64,000 bases of DNA from Cyanidioschyzon merolae (taxonomy: Eukaryota). The stretch is from assembly GCA_000091205.1 (NCBI GenBank), contig AP006485.2. One strand, written 5' to 3'. Below are positions 55,440-64,000 of this stretch, piece after piece. A model generated the notes under the pieces. The model searched no databases, was not told where the DNA came from, and saw only the letters and a list, made by a program, of their open reading frames with translations. The translations under genes were made by a program, and so were the position numbers. The first letter of the stretch is position 1; each line of letters opens with the position of its first letter.

Positions 55440-58295
55440 TTGTTGGACAGCTGTCACGCGCTTCAAGGAGGAGACACTGCTCCCGCAACGCTACTTGCAC
55501 TGATCACCTGGGTAAACGCCGCCTGTTGTGCTGCGCAGCCTCGACGCACCTGTGGCGGTGTTTGTCTAGTCCTTTTCCATTCGACATTGACTGAAACGGA
55601 CTTTCGCTCTGCCCAAATCGCCTACCGTGTTCGTGGAAACAAGTCTCTTCGTCGACACGAGGCTCTGACTGCGTCGCACGCTTCCATGCCGTGCGACGCA
55701 CAAGCGGGCCAGCGGCTTGTTCGGGCCCTGTCGCGAGCAGAGACTTGGGATACTCGGCGGGCTCTGCTGCAGACGCTGGTCTCTGAGCTTCGAGATACCG
55801 AGAGTGTCACTTTTTTCCTACAGGAAACGAAACTTCGCTCGGTGCTCGGCCAGCTAATCGAAAGGGCCTTGCGGGCAGCGCAGCCACACATCGTCGACCT
55901 ACTGGACCTGACGATGCAGGTGATTAAGTGCCTTGTCAAGTCGATGCAGAGAGAGGATGTGGTCGATTTTCTGGAGGAAAGCAAGTCTCTCGTTCACGGC
56001 CTTAAAGCGCTTCGAAAATTAGGACGCAGCAAAGGCGTTTCTGCGGAGAATTTCGTCGCTGACGCATCCGAAAAAGCCTGGGGCGAGCGACTTGCGACCT
56101 TGCGTGAGCAGGCTGCGAATATAATCGCTGAAATGGAACAGGTAGCTGGCCGAGAAAAACCCTCGACGCCATCAGCGCCCGAAGAAACACCAGAGGCAGG
56201 TGAGAGTCGTTCGCTACCGGTAGCCGTGCATGCACCAGTCCAAACAACCGATTCCAGTCACCCTGGTACCACTGAAGCATCTATTCACGCGAATGCAGAT
56301 GCGAGTAACGCTTCTGCAAAGGCCGCTGCATCCCAGGATGATACATCAGAGCCAGCACAGTCGACTGTTGGGGAACACGAAACGCCTCTGGCGGTCGGGG
56401 CGCTTTCGAGTTTCGCCTCGGCAGACGCGTCGATGAAAACGGGACGTAAGCGACCGCGTCCACGACCAGAACGTGACACAGCTTTGCCGGCTTTTACAAG
56501 CTCCTCTGATGAAGCTTCCCAAAGTGTTTCTGCTCGAGCTACGGAATCTGTAGGTACGCAGCCGACCGTCGACGTTAGTGACGCAGATGCGTCGCTCTTG
56601 CCACAACAAGCTTCAGCACACGTAACAGCAGCTCGAGCGGAGCGAATGCATCACTCCGATGCCCTCGAGACAACGTCACCACCTGGAGCAACAATACCCG
56701 AGCGATGTGCGAACGAAGCAACGCATCATGTACCTACACCTACCGTGCGCGATGCAGGTCACACCGGCGATATCGCCGAAAAGGAAGCATCATCAGCCGA
56801 ATCAACATCATTCGTAGCACCAGAAGAGGCAGCAGCAACTTGTGCGATAACCAATCGATCTGCGAAGCGAGCGAAAATGGAGGCTCCGCGTCCAGCCCTT
56901 CGGATCCGAACATCCGCTGACGCATCATCGACGAAACTTGCTCGAAAACCTGCATCAAAGCGTGTTCATTTCGCCCCAGAGCCTGTGCTTGTGCAAGTCT
57001 ATGCCTTTGAATATATTCCCGACGAGCGCACGCATGCCCCTGTGAACCTCGCTGGCATCGTGTCTGATACCGATGAACCGGCATTGGACGGGGAATCAGG
57101 TGCGACGAGTGCGACCAAAGAGCGATCGACGCACGCTCCAGGCAATGGATTCTCAGAGGTCGTAGAGGAGGGTCGTCTCATGCAAAAGAAACGCCAACAT
57201 CGCCAGAAAGTTCTTGCTGAAATGCGGGAGGATGCGACATTCTACCCGCCGCCACATGTCGAGAGTTCCTGTCCGCTGGGAGCAGCTGGCGAATGCGAGC
57301 AGCTGTCCGACGTTCTCGCCAACGGCTCTACTGTTGGATGCGTTCCACGCAACGCGGACAGTCATCAAAGCGGTACCATTGGAGTCGTTTCGCCTGGGTC
57401 GCTATCGTCCGGTGTGCCCGACGAACCGATGCCGCCGTCGCCACCTCGTGAGCGCTCGCTCGACAGGCAGACACCACCACCGAGCCTGCGGGTGATTCCA
57501 GAGTATCGCGTGGAGCATCCAGCTCCAACCTCGTTTTCCTACACACCGGCAGGGGCGCTTGCACCGGCGGGAACACCAGAAGCGACCGTATCTGCACCAG
57601 CGGCTGCCACGACTGCAAACCTATTGACATCGTTCCACGGGACACGAGGCCCAAGTACGCTGGATCCAACGCGATTGCAAACGAAGCCCTCGGATCGGAT
57701 ACAGCCGCCTCACCTGGAGACCAGCCTCTGGTCAGCGATTCCACCGAATACGAGCGGCACGCCTGTTTCGGCTACATCGCAAGGCCAGCATACCGACCTA
57801 TTGCAGCGCAATCAGATAGATGAGGCTATCTTGCAGCATTTCCTGCTCGTGAAAGACGAAGAGACCCGTTTACAATTACTTTGTGATGAAAATGTCCTGC
57901 GAGTAGTCCAAAAGTACGCGGAAGAGAAACAGCGAGAGGCGGCTTTGCAGCACGCACATGGCTACCGCCATGCGAACGCAGCACCCGGTAACCAGTGGAG
58001 CGGTTATCCAGCACCGGCACCGGCACCAGCACCAGCACCACTAGCGGCAGCGTTTCCTGCACTGACTCCTCAACAGGCTCCGTTCCCGGTGTTGAATGGC
58101 ATGCCATCGGACCCGATCGGCTATCACGGATTCGTTTCGCCAGCGCTGCGAAGAGAGACCGCCAGCTCCGCTGCGTACGCTCAAGCGACTGGGGTGAACA
58201 ACGACTCCGCACCTATTTGCAAGTACCACTTGCGCGGTTATTGCAGACGCGGTAAGTGGTGTCGCTTCCGGCATATATCGCCGGACAAGCCATAG
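55440..58295 (+). CDS. PNUTS (PPP1R10)-like PP1 nuclear targeting subunit: TFIIS-N-like N-terminal domain, long disordered region, RVxF motif and C-terminal CCCH zinc finger
   Basis: KRVHFAPEPVLVQVYAFEYIPDERT parallels PNUTS ([24 protein letters not shown]). The last 25 aa, CKYHLRGYCRRGKWCRFRH, form a C-x7-C-x5-C-x3-H finger. The N-terminal helical region reads LQETKLRSVLGQLIERAL...VKSMQREDVVDFLEE. Confidence 0.6.
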   Translation: MLDSCHALQGGDTAPATLLALITWVNAACCAAQPRRTCGGVCLVLFHSTLTETDFRSAQIAYRVRGNKSLRRHEALTASHASMPCDAQAGQRLVRALSRAETWDTRRALLQTLVSELRDTESVTFFLQETKLRSVLGQLIERALRAAQPHIVDLLDLTMQVIKCLVKSMQREDVVDFLEESKSLVHGLKALRKLGRSKGVSAENFVADASEKAWGERLATLREQAANIIAEMEQVAGREKPSTPSAPEETPEAGESRSLPVAVHAPVQTTDSSHPGTTEASIHANADASNASAKAAASQDDTSEPAQSTVGEHETPLAVGALSSFASADASMKTGRKRPRPRPERDTALPAFTSSSDEASQSVSARATESVGTQPTVDVSDADASLLPQQASAHVTAARAERMHHSDALETTSPPGATIPERCANEATHHVPTPTVRDAGHTGDIAEKEASSAESTSFVAPEEAAATCAITNRSAKRAKMEAPRPALRIRTSADASSTKLARKPASKRVHFAPEPVLVQVYAFEYIPDERTHAPVNLAGIVSDTDEPALDGESGATSATKERSTHAPGNGFSEVVEEGRLMQKKRQHRQKVLAEMREDATFYPPPHVESSCPLGAAGECEQLSDVLANGSTVGCVPRNADSHQSGTIGVVSPGSLSSGVPDEPMPPSPPRERSLDRQTPPPSLRVIPEYRVEHPAPTSFSYTPAGALAPAGTPEATVSAPAAATTANLLTSFHGTRGPSTLDPTRLQTKPSDRIQPPHLETSLWSAIPPNTSGTPVSATSQGQHTDLLQRNQIDEAILQHFLLVKDEETRLQLLCDENVLRVVQKYAEEKQREAALQHAHGYRHANAAPGNQWSGYPAPAPAPAPAPLAAAFPALTPQQAPFPVLNGMPSDPIGYHGFVSPALRRETASSAAYAQATGVNNDSAPICKYHLRGYCRRGKWCRFRHISPDKP

Positions 58296-58412
58296 GCGAG
58301 CAAGGCATGAGCTTCCCCACAGACGCGGCGATTTCGAACCATGGAATATCTTTATCGTTCAACGCCTGCCCGCGAGCACCGTTCCCAGTATGTATATTTG
58401 GCGGTCCAGTGT

Positions 58413-59612
58413 TTCTGAAATGCGGACTCCTACCATATCCATGACCTACTCTTAAGGGGAGTATCCAATCAATCGACGCTACCCCGGCGGATGAATGTTT
58501 TCACGACAGGAGTTTTCACGGGTTTCAGCATGATTCGCAGACTAAGCACGAAATCATATGTTAGGAGTTTCGCTCTGTACAAAACTGCTGGTCGCTCCGC
58601 ACGCACGAAACATCTCCAGATATTCATAGAGACTCCGATATTTCGGTGCAGAACGTGCTCGCACCTGTGGCTGCCAGTGGCATCATTCCAAAGCGTGCCT
58701 GTCATTGTCGATTGCCCCGTTATCTGAGGTTCAGTCAGCATCCGCTGTACCATGATGTGCTTCGGTCTCTGCTTCTCGCGCGTCTGCTTCGCTGTCCGCT
58801 TCACCGGGCACCCTGACTCGTGAAGCGCGTACGTCGACCCAGACGCATCGCTGGGAATCGTGCCGCATCCATGTGCATCCACAGTTGTACGCTCTCGTGG
58901 ATGGAGCAGGAGTGCAGCCTTGGCATGCTATAGCGCATCGATTGCTCTGTGGTATCACGAAACGACACGATACGAACGATCGAAGGTTTCCTTTCCCGTC
59001 GCATGAAAAGTGTTGGTGAATGCACGCTTGTCGCCTGGGTAGAACTGGAACCGGTGGCGACCCAGCGCTGTCTCATTGACTCTTGCCGGAGATCGTCCGT
59101 ATGCGCCATTTTGGACGTCTCGGGATGCTCTAGGTGAAGCATCCGAAGCACTGGTGTCGGCGCGAGACTGTACGCAGAGCGTCGAGCTGCAGGATGGGTG
59201 GCTAGGGGCTATGGCGCCTCTGCTGCATCTCCTGGTATGCCGCATGGCGTTTATGACGCTCGACTCTCGATGACGGTGCGCTCTGGGAAACTCGAGCCGC
59301 TTCATCTGCTTTCACCCAGGATGCAAGGCTCTGTCCTTTTGATCAATACCTATGGCGACGGGCACGACACGCCCACACAAGTAGGCATCCAAAGTCCTTC
59401 TCCAGTACTACCTCGAAGGGTGGAACGTGATTCTCGAGTTTCGATGTAGGCATAGGTTTCAAAAAGGGCATGCACAGGGATATGAGGTCGCTTTCGATTT
59501 TCGATGTAAGCATCTTTCCATTTCCTCCATGTACTCGATAAATCTTACACAAACTCCGCCGACGCTCTTCTGCCGAGTTGCTCGAATGCTTCGTAGTTGA
59601 TCGCAGAGACCA
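58413..59612 (+). repeat. Repeat family R2, copy 2 (about 1.2 kb)
   Basis: About 98% identical to 13822-15021. It begins 118 bp after the PNUTS-like stop codon. Confidence 0.8.
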
Positions 59613-62332
59613 ACCGGCGCTCTCTGTGGAAGCCATGCACGACATACTTCTCTTTCATGATGAAATGGGCTTTGCTGTTACGCATGGGGATCACGTCGAA
59701 TAGAAGCTTGCAGAGGCGAGCACGATTGGATTCGGAGGAAGGGTCTTTTGCAGACTGCCCTGTTCAGTACATTCTTGTGGCGCAAGATTTAAGTCTTGGT
59801 TGCATCACGTCTCAACCATCATACAGGCATGACGTCGATCGGTCCGAGTCAGAGAGCAGCACGATGAGCCTGGACGATCTAAGGTTGCATTCGCGCTCTT
59901 GCTGCTGCATCTCTTCCGAACTGGCTGGCAACTCGAGCTCGGTCGCTGCCAGCTCGTCGGTTGTCTTCATGGATATCAATTAGGAACCCGTTGGATCTGT
60001 TCCCAGTTTTCTGGACCAGTGAGGTTAGGGCACCAGGTTCCAGTTCGCGATTCATGAAGCAGTCGAGACTGATCTGCACGAGATGTTTAAGACTTATTTG
60101 GTACTTATCGGGTGCCGCGCTCCCGCGTACATTCGAATCAACGAAACGGAGCACCGATGCACCAAGATACCACCGGGAACCTGCACCCATATGTCTGATC
60201 CGAGAACCAGGCCGTGCTGCATCTTCTGTCCCGAATATCCGTTTTCTCTGGGTGCGAATATTTGATCGAAACATTCCCGAGGGATATGAATAGCTGGCAG
60301 CCCTGCGTCCCGAATGCTTACGACCATTTTTGCCCGACGAGAAGCGTGCAGCCGGCAGCAGCTCAACGAGACATCCACAAGTACGATTCCATGCGATCGT
60401 TCATGGCGCTCGACATCCTCGGTTATCATCGAAGCGAGCGGCTCGTCAATTGATCAGTACGCATCAAAATAGCGTTTGACACCAAAGGAGACGCCGCCGG
60501 CAATTATGACCTAGGAAGCACATGGTGGTACGGGTCGCAGCTCAACACCAATATCCGTTGTGTCATCTTGGAACGTTTTAGAGGAGTCCGAAAAGACGTT
60601 GTGCAAGAGCCGGAGAAGAGAATCTGGTGATTTCACGTATCGAAGTGTCCTTCGACATAGGATACGACGTTGAATGATCCTGTCGATCCAGCAGTTGCAG
60701 GTGAATGCTTCATGGTGTCGCCGCCAGCGCAAATGTTGTCGACATGCCCGCTGCCCTCTTGTCTACGAACTGCAGTCTGGCCCTTCTTTGATGATCCATG
60801 TACAAGTCTAGCATTTGTCCCAAATGAAATCACATCGAATGAGACGGTGATTCATCCGTCCCGTTCAAAGCGCTCGCGTATCAGTCCTCGGTCGATGGTG
60901 CACTGTTCATGATGCAGCGGTTTCGAGTAGTGGCGTGCCCTCTTCTTCTTTGCCTCGTATCTCTTCATCACCTTTCGTATCAACAGTACGTGAACTTGAT
61001 ATTCTGTGCCTTTATTGGCAGTGTTTCGTCGCGATCATGTAGAAACCGGATACTCCGTGATTGTGACAATCGTCTAGCTATATTCTCAAGAGTTCTCTCG
61101 GGGATACACGACATTCGGAATACGGACAACGGTATATACGGTTCGTCCAGGTGCTCGGCGTCGAGCAATGGACTTGTACATCCAAGACGATTTCTAGCAA
61201 GCTAATTGTGATAGTAGAAGACTGCTCGCGACTTTTCACCAATTTACAGGGTATATTCCCCTTTATTGGATACCTACGAGAGGAACAAATAGTTACACGT
61301 TTCGCGTACTGGTACAGAAATTCCAGAACTCAATGCTCCGCGTACCATACGATCCCGAGCAGAGCCCGACAGGTATCAAGAAGCTCAGACTCGACGTACT
61401 TCAAAGCGTGCGCCTTTCAAGAGGCTGCTGAGCATGACATCGAGGCGTCTGAGCACCACAATGCGCGCTGGTCGCCAAGCAAAAGCGCTGCGCTTCAGCG
61501 ACGCAGCACCTATGTTGCGTCGTTGCAAGCCAGCTACCCGCTGAGGCATTGCTTCGACATGCAAAGATTTCGATCGATCTGTACAACTGAGAAAACACGC
61601 AATCCATCGACGCGTGTCTTTTGGATGTGCTCGAAAACGTGCTCGTTCTTTTGCGAGTCGCAAATGAGTGCATCGATGCTCCAGCGCAGATTAGCACCCA
61701 TAACCGATAGTCATCCACTTGATCTAGTCGGATCGCGTGCACCTAACGGATACGCCATTTGAAGCATGCGCTGTGCGCGCTCTTCCATGCCGGCAGTTGC
61801 TGCGCGCTTTTATAGTAGGGCGGCTCGCGTGCACGGACACGGGGGCACTTGCGCGACACTCGGTACGCCTGGAAGCAACCCCTCTAGTGTCAACGTATAT
61901 CCCTGTGCGGAGTGTGCTTTCGTCGTGGCGCTTCTGGCGGGGCAAGCGCAGCGAATTCACGAGCTCGGGTCGTGTACAGGCGCCGCCTCGCGCACTTCAA
62001 ACGAAGCTTCGTGTTTGAACTTGTATGCATGTGCTGTCTCGGCGACGGAGACGATACTGCAACGCAGCAATCTGGCTTCACGAGGAGTTTCTTCGTGGCA
62101 TCCAGCGGAGTACTGAGTGGGCTTTGCGCTTCACTCGATGCACAGGGCATCAGTTCGCGTGCACACGCCCCTCAGCCTTCACATTCGAGCGTGCGTTTCA
62201 TCAACGACACGCGTTCAAGAAGTACCAATGCCCGTGTGCTGTGTAGATTTTCGCAAGGTTCAAACACGGAAATTCCGTGACGATTTCGACACTATTGTCC
62301 ACATGGCAAGCATACTGGCACTCTGCATGCTT

Positions 62333-63892
62333 CTAAAGAATTGAATCTTGATCATTTTGCAGCTGTAGCTGCCGTTGCTGCTTCAGGCGACGAGCTTCCT
62401 GTCGAGCCTGGCGACGTAGTTGTTCAGATCGCATTCCCGGGCGCCGGCTCTTTCTCGAAACGCTGGTTCCCGAGGAAAGCGCCAGCTCATTACTGTTTGC
62501 CACCAGCGGGCTAGCATCCCTGCTAGTCGACTGCGCGCTCCCCATAAACGCTAACCCAAACAAATCCCGGAGGAACGGGTTGCCCTCAAGCTGGACAGTC
62601 AGTGCTCGCCCACATGCTCGACGCAGAGCATCTAACTGCCGTCGTTGCGCCCAAGTCCTGGCTTGCAGACGTTCCTGCGCTCGTCCGCGGCGAAGCGAAA
62701 GCGTCTCTATTCCAGAACGTTGCGTTGCAGCGCGTTCAACCAGACGCAGCAGTGAGCGGTTGCGCTTCCCAAGCCGATAGCGCTGGGCACCAACCGTGAA
62801 TGCGACGCGTTCCAGAGCCCTGTCAAGCTTGTCGATACCCGCGGAAGTTATCGTCGACGACGACGACGAAGAAGAAGAAGAAGAAGAAGAAGATGATGAT
62901 GATGACGAAGAACAAGGTGGTGAATCCCGGCATTCCGAAGATGCTGACGATTCGCCCGCCTGGAAAGAGCCCTCGGCTGCATCGACATGGAGACGCGCTT
63001 CTCGATCTGCCTCAGCGAATGCAGCCACAGCATCAACATCATCGTCTGTGTGATCGTTGTCCATATGATGAGCAGGTATATTGGATCCAAATACCCCGGA
63101 ATCGGTTCCTTGAGAGTGCTCCAACAACAACGCTATGGCTTCTGTTGCCGCTAAACAGGTCTCCTTCGGTGTGGATGTGCTTTTCCAGTCACCTTGGACG
63201 GCGTGCAACTCGAGCCACTGGCGTAACGGACGCGCTTTTAACTGGGTCCGTATCACCTCCGATGGACAGGCACTCGCTAACAGTGACCATCCCCGAATAG
63301 CGGCCGCTACAACCTGGTCGAACGCGCTCGACTCGCCAAGACGCTGTTTCGTTTCACCAGTTGACAGGTCGCTCGGCGACGTATCCTGCCCGAACCAGCT
63401 TTCTAAACGCTGCATCAGCGCTACCAATGCAACTGAATCAGATGAAGCCAAAAAACGCAACAGACTCACCGTCTCTATGACACAGACTTGCCACTGAACC
63501 CACTCGGGGTCCGGTCGAGGCGCACTGCGTTCACTCGCTTCGAGCAAGACCTGCTCGAAACGTGTTCGCTGCAGGAGCGCCTCAACTGTTTCAGTGTCAG
63601 TGGTGCTTGCCACAAGCGTCAATACGCTTGTACCAATGAGTCGACAGACTTCGCGTTTCTCCCAGAGCGACCCTCGTCGCAGCGGGCCTCGCAAGGCCTG
63701 CTCCACGAGCTGCTCACAGCGTGTCTCCGACCAGAGGTCGGTACGGAGTCCCAGGTCCGTCAGCTGCCGTGCCCTATGGAGCGCTGCTTCTCGTAGCCAG
63801 CGCCGTTTGTCCGTTAGACTGTCAATGCACTCGTCTAGGGCTTCAGACTCGCTCGTCAGCACGCAGCCTCGGTCGAGGATGCTTACCAGCAT
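62333..63892 (-). CDS. IFRD (interferon-related developmental regulator)-like protein with a poly-Ser tract; the N-terminus may extend further upstream
   Basis: An ARM-like N-terminal pattern (...LREAALHRARQLTDL...) and a C-terminal block ...NPFLRDLFGLAFMGS... fit the IFRD architecture. Assignment is by motif recollection only. Confidence 0.45.
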   Translation of the reverse strand: MLVSILDRGCVLTSESEALDECIDSLTDKRRWLREAALHRARQLTDLGLRTDLWSETRCEQLVEQALRGPLRRGSLWEKREVCRLIGTSVLTLVASTTDTETVEALLQRTRFEQVLLEASERSAPRPDPEWVQWQVCVIETVSLLRFLASSDSVALVALMQRLESWFGQDTSPSDLSTGETKQRLGESSAFDQVVAAAIRGWSLLASACPSEVIRTQLKARPLRQWLELHAVQGDWKSTSTPKETCLAATEAIALLLEHSQGTDSGVFGSNIPAHHMDNDHTDDDVDAVAAFAEADREARLHVDAAEGSFQAGESSASSECRDSPPCSSSSSSSSSSSSSSSSSSSTITSAGIDKLDRALERVAFTVGAQRYRLGKRNRSLLRLVERAATQRSGIETLSLRRGRAQERLQARTWAQRRQLDALRRACGRALTVQLEGNPFLRDLFGLAFMGSAQSTSRDASPLVANSNELALSSGTSVSRKSRRPGMRSEQLRRQARQEARRLKQQRQLQLQNDQDSIL

Positions 63893-64000
63893 GTTTTCAG
63901 AGGTGCCAGTGCCCCTGAGAGACGACGCCGAGGCGTTGCTCGAATAGGAGGCGTTCCAGGAGTCACTTGAGCAGTCCAGTGGTGTTTCCTCGCCATTCGT

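Overview
GC-rich (~58-60%), intron-poor eukaryotic nuclear DNA. Long single-exon genes sit on both strands, many proteins carry polyQ/polyD/Ser-Ala low-complexity tracts, and three dispersed repeat families are scattered between genes. I could not identify the organism from sequence alone. Housekeeping genes found, in order along the window: an eRF3/HBS1-family GTPase (partial), aspartate aminotransferase, long-form D-3-phosphoglycerate dehydrogenase, a V-ATPase subunit C, a giant Sec16-like low-complexity protein, a kinesin-5 motor, a WDR5 homolog, a mitochondrial 2-oxoglutarate/malate carrier, an organellar RF2-type release factor, a GNL3/nucleostemin-like GTPase, a PNUTS-like PP1-targeting protein and an IFRD-like protein. 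The most unusual region is a lower-GC island at about 43.5-53.3 kb. It holds a tRNA-Met(CAU) gene with two insertions (an anticodon-loop intron plus a non-canonical D-loop insertion), and a degraded Fanzor/TnpB-like RuvC nuclease gene lying head-to-tail with an FkbM/METTL24-like methyltransferase. The Fanzor-like gene has an N-terminal NLS, a GADPG RuvC-I motif, an RDFNVAINI RuvC-III motif, an in-frame TAG and a candidate 32-nt intron. Other notable items are an ascorbate-peroxidase-fold protein lacking both catalytic histidines, a secreted polyQ protein with four trefoil (P-type) domains, a 76-bp x 8 minisatellite next to the giant gene's start, a Tc1/mariner-like transposase relic, a 45-nt perfect purine/pyrimidine alternating (Z-DNA-prone) tract, and an A-homopolymer frameshift splitting the GNL3-like gene.
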